A stretch of DNA of 63,750 bases, filler included, from Squatina squatina (lineage: Eukaryota), in assembly GCA_031763465.1 (NCBI GenBank). It is 3 parts of 3 records of this genome, joined end to end, with 100 filler letters (N's around TTAATTAATTAA, not from the genome) between each part and the next. Parts side by side here need not be neighbours in the genome. Positions count along the whole stretch, not along the records: positions 1 to 31,297 come from JARFOE010000115.1; 2 more parts are not named here. One strand, given 5' to 3'. Below are positions 10,919-22,461 of this stretch, piece after piece. The notes under the pieces were generated by a model, which saw nothing but the letters and a program-made list of their open reading frames with translations, was not told the DNA's origin and did no database searches. Made by a program: the position numbers and the translations under genes. Numbering within the stretch: position 1 is the first letter of the stretch; every line of letters begins with the position of its first letter.

Positions 10919-12591
10919 CAGGGGTGTCCACTATCATTTTGTAAGGGGCCACATTGCAATTTTTGCTCCACATGGGGGGCTAGTGAGCAAATTTCAGAAA
11001 CATAAAGAATTAGATTGCCCGATCACATTTTGCTTCAGCGAATTCACTCGTTCATTTCTCACCTGACCTATGACGCTGTCAAATTTACAAGATGATGCAT
11101 AGAATAATGAAAACCGCTATCTTTTCTTGACATATCAGACCTAATATGGCCCCATTGTGTTAAATGACAAAAAAATCATCGGTCCCAAGCGTTTGAAGAC
11201 TCGATATTCAGCATCAATTTTATTTTTTTTGCCTGTAATCATGGAAGCTGCCATCTTTGCAAAATGCTATGCCCCGCCCTCTTGGCACCTTATTTTAGAC
11301 GCTTTAGCAACCACGTGTTTGCCTTGGATTTTTACTTAGTTTTGGGACTATTACTTTTACTTTTAAATGATACGTCGTCCTAAATATATTGGGCCTGAAA
11401 TTGCGATCCCCCAGGTGGGAACAATATTCCCATGCACCTGGGGGGTCCTCGCAAGTGCCGAATCTACGGCAGCTCTGTGCATGCCCGCAGATCTGGTACT
11501 TGCAAACTTTCAAGATGTCTTTGATCCAACGCTTAGGTTGGAAAAGAAATTTCCTGAGCGGAGCTTTGTGAGATTTTCTCCACTCTTGCACTGGAAATCT
11601 CTTTAACTTTTTTGTGCATGGTAAAACCAAGTGCACATGGTTGGTTTTACCAGCTCAAGAGTTTAAAAAAATGTTAAAATCAAAAAAATTGATTGTGAAA
11701 TTAATTTACGACCATTCCCTTTAAGGTAAGTATGTTTTTAAACGTTTTAAAAGATGTTTCTAAAAAATTAAATTAGTCTTTATCTCATTTGAAATAAATT
11801 TTAATGTTACAATCGTTTTTAACATGTTTTTGGATGTATTTGTGGCTTTATTCATCTCTCATTCAAGCTTTGACAGATCTGTCTGAACTGTCAAAGCTTG
11901 AGTGACTGATACCCCTACCTGATTGGTTGGGGCCTCCCATGTGGCCTCTCCAGACCCTTTGCTGGACTTACCTGGGAAAGAGAAAAGCTCCGATGCAAAT
12001 CTCCAACTGTGGAGGGCATAACATTGCAAACTCAGGTGGATCCAGGACTGTCAGGTAAGTTCATAGACATTTTTGCAATTGGAGGCATCTGCATGCATGA
12101 ACCCTCTGATCACACATTCAGGGCCATTATTTGCATCATCAGAAATTATGGGACAAAACTAACCTTCTATGTGAGCTGATGCCCTCACACTCCGAATGTA
12201 ATTGGGGCCAGCCAGAAAATCTGCAAGTGAGTTTCAATGCCTGCTCATCCCCACGTAACACTCCCCCTCCAGCAGTTTGCACTGTGCATGCTCAGGACAC
12301 ACCCTCTGGGACCAGTCATTCATCCACCCCTGTGCCAGCGCATTGGGTCTCTTAGCTACGGGCTGCCATTCTGGATATTCTTTTTTAAGAAGTCGCTATC
12401 AGTGTGTTTTCCCTGAGCTCCAAATGAGCACAGAGATGGTAGAGAATGAAGAGTAGTCAAAACCTGCGATCCGGGACATGAGCGGAGCTTAGTTAGTTTG
12501 GCAGTGTGCGCTCAAGGGACCCATGGTGGACCAGATCGAAGCCTTTGTCGGGCCGGACTCTGGACCACGGGCTGCCTGTTGGGCAACCCTG
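10919..12591. mobile_element. Non-autonomous hAT (Charlie-like) DNA transposon
   Basis: Termini CAGGGGTGTCCA ... TGGGCAACCCTG form imperfect hAT-type TIRs; subterminal gggcc motifs. Confidence 0.65.
11391..12125. mobile_element. MITE (possibly Harbinger-related) nested in the hAT element
   Basis: TIRs gggcctgaaattgcgatc / gatcacacattcagggcc, AT-rich core; related copies at 28288-28510 and 48841-49484. Confidence 0.7.
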
Positions 12592-13180
12592 CTCTTTACT
12601 GTCCCATAAAACATTCCAGGATCAGGAACAGTATGTGTTAGAAACAGAATAAAGCTCCATAAACAAAGTCCAATCCAAAACTTGAAGGGCAGGTAGATAC
12701 GGTTTAGGTACAGTGTAATTCTCACTGTATCATGTTTCGTTAAGCACAGTACACACAGATGTAGCATGCGGCCAATGCAACGTACAGCTCCACTGACACA
12801 GCCCAATGAAGCACACTATCTTGCGTACAGCCTGTTATGAATACAGGACAGAACGCCCTGTACATGTAAGCATCTTGCACTCTCAGGTGAGGTATGGGCT
12901 AACTTTACAAAGGACTGAAACCTCAGTCAAATTACCGCATGAAATGCCGTGCCTTTTACTATACATTAAATGGCACCCAATAGCTTGTTAAACACTCAAC
13001 TTGAAAAACATCCTGTACTGATGGGATTCTCAGCAGTGAGACTCGCCTTTCCAAACATTGATGAAGCTTCTTGTATTATCCCACCTTGTTCCGTCCGTGT
13101 TGATCCCAACAGGTCTGCTCTGTGAAACCAGCGACCTTTCTCTCGTCCCAGTTAGTTCAAACAATCAGCACATCAGTCCA
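12592..13180 (-). pseudogene. Inverted copy 3 of the exon-like unit plus 67-bp repeat remnants
   Basis: Reverse complement contains gagaaaggtcgctggtttcacagagcag..gagaatcccatcagtacagga..agctattgggtgccattt, matching copies 1 and 2. Confidence 0.5.
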
Positions 13181-13272
13181 TTATATTATCGGCCCACGCC
13201 ATACCACCCCACCCCACCCAACACCACCCCACAAAGGGCCACAAAATCCCCCTTAGCGAGACCGCACTGGGT

Positions 13273-13456
13273 CTGGTGTGGGGATTGAAACCATGTTGTA
13301 CTGCGGGGCTCTCTGACTCTGATACTGAGGTCCATATGCTGCCTTTGACCAGTAGTACAATGGTGCTGGTGTAGGGAATGAAACCATGTTGTACTAGAAA
13401 TATCTCTCTGTTTGTTGCTGAGGTCAACATGCTGCTCTTGACCAATACGACAATAG
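13273..13456. repeat. Two-copy ~93-bp tandem duplication
   Basis: ctggtgt..gaaaccatgttgtact..ctgaggtc..atgctgc..ttgacca occurs twice. Confidence 0.7.
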
Positions 13457-13584
13457 CATCCCAGCACACTGTTAGAGTTTGCAGATAACATCGCGGGAGT
13501 TGCTGGGTAGATTCAGATTATTGCAGAATGACTGGAACCAAGTAAACTCAGAAAGTCCACCAGTGAGTTAAAGCCTTTCGCTTC

Positions 13585-15869
13585 AGGCTATAAAAGCAGC
13601 ACAGCGGGACCAGCAGTGAGCACGGGGCTGGTTGGAAATAGAGCGGAGAGCAGGAGGATTTCAGGTGCAGAGGACAGAGAGAGGCTAGACACAGTGAGAG
13701 CAGCAGGGAGCGGGGACCTGTTTGGAAACAGAAGGATTCAAGTTGCGGAGGAGAGAGAGGCTAGTCCCAGTGAGAGCAGCAGTGAGCGGGGGCCTGGTTG
13801 GAAACAGAAGGATTTAAAGTGCGGAGGGGAGAGAGAGGCTAGACACTGCGAGAGCATCAGTGAGCCCGGGCCTGGTTGGACACAGAGCGGAAAGCAGAAG
13901 GATTTAAAGTGCGGAGGGGAGAGAGAGGCTAGACACTGCGAGAGCAGCAGCAGCGCAGAGGCTCTGATTTTTGTTTTTAAAAACTCAAGCGTGGCATCAC
14001 AAGCGAGCAGGTAGGTTATTGGTTGGTGAGTATTACAGCTTTTCTTTGCTCTCGAATTTAGGCAAGAGGAATGAAGTAAGAGTTCAGAAACTGTAGCTTG
14101 CTCCTACTTATTAAATTCGTAACTTAAAAAAGATAAAATAATTAAATGGTAATTTAGAGTTAGTCAGTAGTCAGCGACAGGAGTGTGTGACTGCATGTCA
14201 GGAAGGTATGGGGACCCAGGACATAGTGCTGGAGGAGACTCAGCCCTTGACCTTGTCCAACAGGTACGAGGTATTTACTATCTGTATGGATGAGGAAAAG
14301 GGCAGTTGGGAGGATGGGCAAACTGACCACGGCACCATGGTACAGGGGGCCATTCAAGTGGGGAGAGAAGGTCGGAATGTGCTAGTGGTAGGCGACAGTA
14401 CAGTCAGGCAGAGAGATACTTTTCTCTGCAGCCACGATAGGGAGTTCCGGAGCACGTGTTGCATTGCCAGGGTTGTTGATATCTCTTCGTAGCTGGAGAA
14501 GAACTTGGAGTGGGAGGGGGGGGGGGATCCAGTTGTCGTGGTCCATGTGGGAAACAATGACATAGGTAGTACTAAGAATGTGGTTCTGCTGAGGGCGTTT
14601 GAACAGCTAGGTTCCAAATGAATAAGCAGAACCTCAAAGGTACCAATCTCTGGATTCCTACCTGAGCTACACGCAAATTGGCATATTGCCTAGCAAATCA
14701 AAGATTTAAATGCGTGGCTCAAAGAATGATGTGGGAAGAAGGGGTTTCAATGGACACTGTGGAAAGAGGAAAGTTTTCCATCAGGATTGGCTTCACTGGT
14801 ACCGTGCTGGGACCAATGTCCTGACGAATCGAATAACTAGGGCTATAGATAGGAGTTTAAACGAAATAGTGGGGGCAGTGGGAGGGTTCAGGTGAGGGGA
14901 AATTTAGAATGGACAAGGCAATAGTGCAGGGTAGCGATATGGGTAATGAAAATCAGAGAGTGACAGGAAGGGACAGAGCGTACAAGGAGAAGTGTGCACC
15001 AGCAAATAAGGTCAGAGTAAAGGAAAATGGTAAAAGGACAAATTTAAAAGTTCTTTATCTGAATGCACATAGCATTCATAACAAGATAGATGAATTGATG
15101 GCACGGGTAGAAATAAATGGGTATTTTCTCATCGGCATTTCAGAAATGTGGTTGCAATGTGACCAAGGCTGTGAACTGAATATTTGGGGCTATTTGAAAT
15201 TTTGAAATGATAGGCAAAAAGGAAAAGGATGCTGGCTAGCTCTGTTAATAAAGGAGATCAGTACAATAGCAAGAAATAATTTTGGATCGGAAGACCAAGA
15301 TATAGAATCAGTTTGGTTGAAGGAAATAACTAGTAAGGGAAATAAGTCACTGCTGGGAGAAGTCGATAGGCTCCCTAACAGTAGCTACAATGTAGAAAAC
15401 AATATAAGTCAAGAAATAATAAGGCTTGTAAAAAAGGTATTGCAATCATCGTGGGTGATTTTAATCTTCATATCGATTGGACAAATCAAATTGGCAACAG
15501 TAGCCTTGAGGATGTGTTCATAGAGTGCATTTGGGACAGTTTCTTAGAGCAACACGTTGTGGAGCTTACCAGGGAACAGGCTATTTTAGATCGGTAATGT
15601 GTAATAAGACAAGATTAATTCGTGACCTCATAGTTATCGAGCCTCTAAGAAAGAGTGATAATAATTATTTGGTTCGTATCTACTCGCTTTTATTTAGTTG
15701 TGAACGGAGACGACAAAATTTCCTGGCTCCTCTATAGATGTCAGATTTCAACCATTCACAAATGCTCCTTTTTATAAGTTTTGGTGCTAAAGTTTTAAAA
15801 AAGGAGGGAGGGAGAAAACAGGGAATTATAGACCAGTTAGCCTGATATCGGTAGTGGGGAAGATGCTCG
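13585..15869 (+). mobile_element. Degenerate 5' part of a CR1 LINE (5'UTR repeats, ORF1 esterase, ORF2 endonuclease)
   Basis: TATAAAA at ~13589; tandem 5'UTR repeats 13730-13950; ORF1 motifs LTLSNRY, VLVVGDSTVR, VVVHVGNND; APE motif LKVLYLNAHSIHNKIDEL; RT-proximal NYRPVSL at ~15825; stops and frameshifts. Confidence 0.88.
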
Positions 15870-18599
15870 NNNNNNNNNNNNNNNNNNNNNNNNNNNNNNN
15901 NNNNNNNNNNNNNNNNNNNNNNNNNNNNNNNNNNNNNNNNNNNNNNNNNNNNNNNNNNNNNNNNNNNNNTATCTGTGGAACCGAACACAGAACAGCTTCT
16001 CAATTAAGTGAGAAAGTTACATCAATGCTCCTCGTTCCAGCCCCTAGGCAACACTACTTTATCAGATATTGAGCACCATATGGTAGCATTTCAGTGCATA
16101 GGGAGTGAGGGCCTACGAGACTGGGATTTGGTACTGGTCGCAAGAGAAGCCCTAACAAATGGGACAAGGCCTACTTCATGTAAACCCATTTTGAGTTTAG
16201 AAAGTTACTTCTCTTTGGACATTAAAGAGGGTCCTTGACCTGGTTGTACGGAAGCAATGTAATGTGAGTGACAACAATTCCCGTGTGGATACAGCTCCAG
16301 ACAGGACTTGTCAGCTGGTTTGAAGGGCAGACTGGCCTTGTGCGAAAATATGTAAGAAAAGTCAATAATCAATATTGATTGCTTGCTTACACAGACTTTA
16401 TGTGACTGCTGTAGCCAGAGTCCATTTATCACAAAGACTGCAAGAACTATCTTCAGCTACGCTCCATTGAACCTAAATGTGTTTCTAATGCACCAGAAAC
16501 TGTCACTTTAAATGGTCTTTTGTGTATCAATGTGGACATGCTTCATTACAATGACTTAAAGGGCAAGAATTGGATTCATTGAAATGGTACATGTCCATGA
16601 ATGTCTTGAAAGCAGCTAANNNNNNNNNNNNNNNNNNNNNNNNNNNNNNNNNNNNNNNNNNNNNNNNNNNNNNNNNNNNNNNNNNNNNNNNNNNNNNNNN
16701 NNNNNNNNNNNNNNNNNNNATTTCTCGCGAGAGCCAAGACTTCTGCACCTGGCACAAAGTCTTGTGCCTTGTGAATGTTACCACCCCCAAACAGGGTGGT
16801 ACGCAATTTTTCTCCCTTAATTTCTTTATACCCTCCAGTAGACCTGAACTGTCCTATTGAATGTTGTGACTGGTGGCTCAGATACTGTCTCCATCTTCAC
16901 TGGGGACTATTATTTGGGAAACTACGTTTGGAATGATTATCCCATTCCAATCTGTCTGGATTGGTGACCGGAGCTCCTACTTCCGTAGTTTTGATCTCTC
17001 TTATGGTTTTGCTGAGCGAGATGTTTGCCGTGTGTGTGACCTTCTCGATCTTGTGATAAGAGAGTTTAAGTGCCTTAACTGGATCCTTCTATCGGATCGA
17101 ATGTGAGTGTACCTCCATGGGTAAGTTGAGTTTCTCTGATCTGGAGGCACGTTTATGGCAAACACTGGTTGCTCACAAAACCCGGGCCTTCTCCACAATC
17201 TTATGACTGGAGAAACCCTCCTCCATGGGGAGAAGAAGAAGTCCTGTAGCTCAAGTTCTAGAACACAACAGAACAGCCCGGCATCCGCTGGTTGCACTAC
17301 TTCCCGTCCTGCAAAATAAGGGGCCTGGATTTTCTGGAACGGGATGTTATTTGGACTTTGCAGCACCCTGCTCATAAGGATCTCTATTAACGCTGTAATT
17401 TGCTGGAGTGTAGATCCATCTATGTCGTGGTAAGGTCAATGGCGAATCAAGGACCTTGTGGAAAGCACAGCCAATAGTCATTACAATGCTTTCACCTTCC
17501 TTCTATGTAGAAATAGGTGAGGGTCCTGAAAGTAATTGCCTTTAGCCACTAACAGGAGTCTGGATGGCAAAGCTGGCAAGAAAAATGTGTCAAAAATGGA
17601 ATTTTTAGGAATAAAATATTCTTAGAACAATTTATAGACTGCTAGCTGAGCCTCCACAGCTGTAATGGTCCCTATGTTGACATCCCAGGCTGAAAGTCAT
17701 GTGTTGGCTATAAATCATGACAATACCAGGTGACCCACACCATAATTTTTCAGTCTAAATGGCTGCAGTGCGAATAATGATGTCAATCCAGCAAATTGGT
17801 ATTGCCATTGACTACAATGGAGGGCTGAGTGGCGAGAACAGACTTTTATCTGCTTTGGAGAGGCCAACTGCACAGTGGCGTAAATGTACCAGAAAACAAA
17901 CTCACTTTCTCCATTATTTCCGAGAATTTTTATGCAATAAAAATATTCATAGTAATAGATTATTCATTTTGCATGGAGCAAAGGGAGCATAATCCGACTC
18001 ATGTGTCATGCGATGTGCATATGTTAAAAATAGGCAGAAAATGATCATTCTCTCAACACCACCTCATTTTAATGGCCTGAGAGCACTCAGAATTACAAGT
18101 CCATATGTCAAGTACAGAAACAGCTGTCCACTTTAGAAATAAAAAAGAAATATGTATGGCTAATATAAATGCAATCACTGTAAAATTCATTTCCGTAAAA
18201 ATAAGTGTTACTGATTTATTTTGTAATATATATGTGCCTGAGCTTAACTGCGCTTCATTAAGACAGTCATCAGGTACTGGAGCACAGATGAAGCTGTTTC
18301 AGTGTCACAACTCAAATTATAGTGACCATGGTTACAGAATGCCAGGTATAATGTAGTTTCAGAACCAGTATCTTCCTTTTGTATTTCTTAATCAGATGTC
18401 TTTAAACGATAACCAGAATTAGCTTTTCACAATCAAATATTAAGCTTAATGGAATCATGCGATTTTTTTTTTAAACGCACGCTACAATCTGCAGTCATGG
18501 CTCCTGCATATTGGAATGACTATCTCAGCAAAAGGACTATTTTTTAAAAAAAGGACACACCGGCAAGAGTATAGGCTGAATAATACCCCGTGCACTTAC

Positions 18600-19440
18600 T
18601 TTTCTAACAGTTACTGGGTGACGCACGGCAAATAGTGGCGAGAGAGAGAAAACGAAAAACCTCACTCATGCAGGGCGTCTTCCTCCCTGTAAACTTGGCA
18701 GGGCTCATACTGTACTGAAATACAGCACTGGCCATATAAGGAAGCACAGCTAAACATGTCACGCATAATTTATATGCAGTAGGCAGAGAGTTAACCTTTC
18801 GGCGCACACACTAGGACCACATGCAATACATGCTGGTAGCAGCCCCTTCCTTTTTAAAACAAACAACTGGCCCCCTTCGCCCACCCACACCACACCACCT
18901 CCGTAAGATAGTAAACAGCTACCTGCACATGCCAAAGGCCTGACGCCAATTGACGCCTCTTAATCAGTCATTCTAATTGAGGCAATTTAAGACGGGCGGC
19001 CGCTTTTATCCACCTGTTTTTTTTTTCTCCCTTCTTTAATTACCACCCTGCAAGCAGCCTGCAGCCCGGTACGCGGTTGCATAGCCGCGCAGCTCGCTCA
19101 AGGCCGCGTAGTCCTGTTGGCACGGGCTCCAGCGCACAGGGTCTCTTTTCAATCGCGTCCCACAGGCTCGTTCTTTAGGCCCGCAGGAGCGGGCTTCAGT
19201 GTCTGCACGCTGAACCCATTTCGTTGCCTGTGCACTGGATCCATTTTGGCGCTTGCACGTTGGAACCTGCTACAGGCCTGGCCCTGAGCTCCGAGGTAAT
19301 GAATGCAAACAATGCGATTATCCACACCACCATTTTTGCGGCCTTCTGCACATGCACGCGGTATCCCAGAGCCGTACATGCGCATCACCCAACAGTTGCG
19401 GCCTTGCAGCATGGCCACATTTTCTTCAGCTCCATGAGAG
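18600..19440 (-). promoter_or_regulatory. CpG-enriched promoter-like region, possibly the MBNL upstream promoter and first exon
   Basis: Perfect CArG box CCATATAAGG (18732-18741), NRF1-like GCGCATG, YY1-like CCATTTT motifs, high CpG, donor-like gcatga|gtgagg near 18665 on the minus strand; lies upstream of the MBNL exon across gaps. Confidence 0.45.
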
Positions 19441-19906
19441 AACTGGCTTGGGGAGAAGAGAGGCTCACAAGGGGAGAGAGAGAGNNNNNNNNNNNNNNNN
19501 NNNNNNNNNNNNNNNNNNNNNNNNNNNNNNNNNNNNNNNNNNNNNNNNNNNNNNNNNNNNNNNNNNNNNNNNNNNNNNNNNNNNTTAAAAAATGTAAAAT
19601 TTATAATTTAAAAGTTGTTTTTAAAACTTTTCCCTTCTATCTCTTTTTTTCTCTCTCTTAACCTAATCTTCCGTTCCCTCTCTTTCTGTACCTGATTTGA
19701 CATTGAATTCACCCCCTCTAATTTACACTTCCCTCTCAGTCCTTGCACTGCTAATTTCACAATCCTTCAATCTGATTGGTTAAGGAGATACACAGCGGCT
19801 TGCCCTGTTCACTCAGGTCCCAGATGCCCAGTTTCCCTCGCTGCGACGTTATCAGTTCGCACTTTCAGCAACTTGTCACAAAAAAGGTTAAAAACCTAAA
19901 CGATGT

Positions 19907-20180
19907 CAGCTGTGGCTCAGTAGGTGGCGCTCTCTCCTCTGAGTTAGAAAGCTGTGGGTTCAAGTCCCACTCCAGCCACTTGAGCACAAAAATCTAGGCT
20001 GACCCTCCAGTGCAGTGCTTGAGGGAGTGCTGCATTGTCAGAGGTGCTGTCTTTCAGATGAGACATTAAACCAAGGCCTCATCTGCTCTATCAGGTGGAC
20101 ATAAAATGACACCATGTCACCAATTTGAATAAGAGCAGGGAGTTATCCCTGGTGTCCTGGCCAATATATATCCTAGCAGA
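19907..20180 (+). mobile_element. DeuSINE (SacSINE1-like), 5' part
   Basis: tRNA head with A-box tggctcagtagg and B-box ggttcaagtcc, followed by the Deu-like core. Confidence 0.85.
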
Positions 20181-20280
20181 NNNNNNNNNNNNNNNNNNNN
20201 NNNNNNNNNNNNNNNNNNNNNNNNNNNNNNNNNNNNNNNNNNNNNNNNNNNNNNNNNNNNNNNNNNNNNNNNNNNNNNNN

Positions 20281-20550
20281 AGAACCAAAGGTGACATGAG
20301 GAAAAACCTTTTTATGCAATGAGTGGTTAGGATCTGGAATGCACTGCCTGAGAGGGTGGTGGAGGCAGATTCAATCGTGGCTTTCAAAAGGCAATTGGAT
20401 AAGTACCTGAAAGAAAAAGAATTTGCAGGGCTCCGAGGAAAGGGCGGGGGAGTGGGACTAGCTGAGGTGCTCTGGCAGAAAGTTGGCACAGGCTCGACAG
20501 GCCAAACGGCCTTCCCCCGTGCTGTAACCATTCTATAATTTTATAGTTCT
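20281..20550 (+). mobile_element. CR1 LINE 3' end
   Basis: VVRIWNALPERVVEADSIVAFKRQLDKYL motif and tail. Confidence 0.88.
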
Positions 20551-21121
20551 AAGAAACCTGTGGCCTTTCCTGGTTGCCAAGGCTTCTTGCACAGTACCCT
20601 TCCTCACTGAACCATCACGTTCCATCAAGAAAGGAAGTACGCGTCAAATTATTCACCTCACGTTCTCTGTGGCGATTGTTTATTTCCTTTTTTCTACATC
20701 AGCATGAGCACTTTTTCTGGCATTGATGAAATCTCTGGTCCTGGAATGCAAGTGCCCTGCTAATTATTCTCAGTCGGAGTCTGAACACTGAATTATTTAT
20801 CTCAGGCTGCACATAACGCATTAAGATTTTGGAATGGGTAAGTTGTTTCAACTTGAACTGCTCTCCCTCGTTCCATGCAGCAGGCTCAATAAGCATTGTA
20901 AAACTGTCAGCTGAGATTTAACTTGGTAAAGAAAGGACTGCCCTTTGAAAAAGCATCCTCGGGATGTCCCAAGGTGCCATCACAGCCGATTCATTATTTT
21001 NNNNNNNNNNNNNNNNNNNNNNNNNNNNNNNNNNNNNNNNNNNNNNNNNNNNNNNNNNNNNNNNNNNNNNNNNNNNNNNNNNNNNNNNNNNNNNNNNNNN
21101 GTGTTTCTTTTTCATTTCTAG

Positions 21122-21773
21122 GCAATGAACAATACATGCTTGGACATCAATCCTCAGCTGGAGAAGTACTACCTTCCAATCATGTATGCAGTGGAGTTTC
21201 TCTTCGGACTTGTGGGCAACCTTTCTGTGATCTGGGGCTACATATTCTGTCTGAAGGAATGGAAGTGCAGCAACATCTACCTTTTCAATCTTTCCATCAC
21301 AGACCTGATAGTCATTTGCACCCTTCCCATGCTAGTATCCTACTATAGCAGAGGCAACAGATGGATTTTTGGTGTGACAATGTGTGAGATAAACAGATAC
21401 CTCCTTCACACTAACATGTACACAAGCGTCTTATTTCTCGCGTGTATCAGTTTCGATCGGTACCTGCTGGTGAGGAACCCGCTGAAACTTCACCTGTTTC
21501 AGAAAAAGTGGAATGCCATTATCATCTGTGTCGGTATCTGGGTATTTGTTACTTTGGAGTTAATTCCCATATTCCGTTTTATCAGTGCTGATGATAGCCC
21601 TAGCGCAGAGAATGCCTCCTTCCTCCAGTGTACTGATTATGCCAGCTCAGGAAATGCCTCCCGGAGTCTGATTTACAGTATGTACCTCACAGTTTTTGGT
21701 TATCTCGTGCCACTCTGCATCATGCTTATCTGCTACATCCAAACTGCCCGCGTCCTGAAGAAAATCAAGCGAC
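21122..21773 (+). CDS. SUCNR1: Succinate receptor 1 (GPR91) paralogue A, TM1-TM5; 3' end lost in gap
   Basis: LEKYYL..YAVEF, GYIFCLKEWKCSNIYLFNLS, NRYLLHTNMYTS, FDRY, FVTLELIP, CTDYASSG: SUCNR1-specific motifs. Acceptor tttctag|GCA ATG in phase 0. Confidence 0.92.
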
Positions 21774-22212
21774 NNNNNNNNNNNNNNNNNNNNNNNNNNN
21801 NNNNNNNNNNNNNNNNNNNNNNNNNNNNNNNNNNNNNNNNNNNNNNNNNNNNNNNNNNNNNNNNNNNNNNNNNCAGTTCCATACTTAGTCATGCCATAAG
21901 GTGGTTGATTATAGACAGTATAATGATAAGGATGCAAAGCTGGAGCAAGGGAAAATAGGAAAGTGTGCTACTCCACCGGCTCACTGACAAGCACCAAAAG
22001 TGCAGACCAGGAATAGGGTTACTCACACTGTTGATGCAAAGAATAGAAAAAAAGAAGGAATTCCTTTAAAATAGCATCATCAACTCTGACCTTCAAACTG
22101 TTAAGGTAGCAAATCTTTGAAGTTTGCTTCAAACTCTTTAAAGCTGCCATTTGATTATAATTGTTTCTATGAACATCCACTTGCGCTCTGTAAAATAAAT
22201 ATTTATAAGGTG

Positions 22213-22362
22213 CAAAAGCAAAATACTGCAGATGCTGGAATCTGAAATAAAAACTGGTTCGCCAGTTCTGATGAAGGGTCATCGACCTGAAATGTTAACT
22301 CTGTTTCTCTCTCCACAGATGCTGTCTGACCTGGTGAGTATTTCCAGCATTCTCTGTTTTTA
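22213..22362 (+). mobile_element. Short element with inverted ends and a hammerhead-like core (Penelope-related)
   Basis: Ends aaaatactgcagatgctggaa / ttccagcattctctgtttt; centre agtt-CTGATGA-agggtc-atc-gacct-GAAA-tgtt-aact; partial second copy at 42595-42663. Confidence 0.65.
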
Positions 22363-22461
22363 CTTATGAGCTGCAATTGTTTTATGCTAATTTTTCTAGA
22401 TTGTGATCATTTTCATTATCTGACGATATTCCTATTCACCTGTTTTTGTTTGAAATTCTAG

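Noticed and set aside
19907-19975. tRNA-like sequences (also ~2403, ~56308, ~59290)
   Set aside because: A/B boxes run into SINE bodies; no complete cloverleaf.
21774-21958. Apparent C-terminus of SUCNR1-A (SSILSHAIRW..)
   Set aside because: Read-through across a gap into unrelated sequence.
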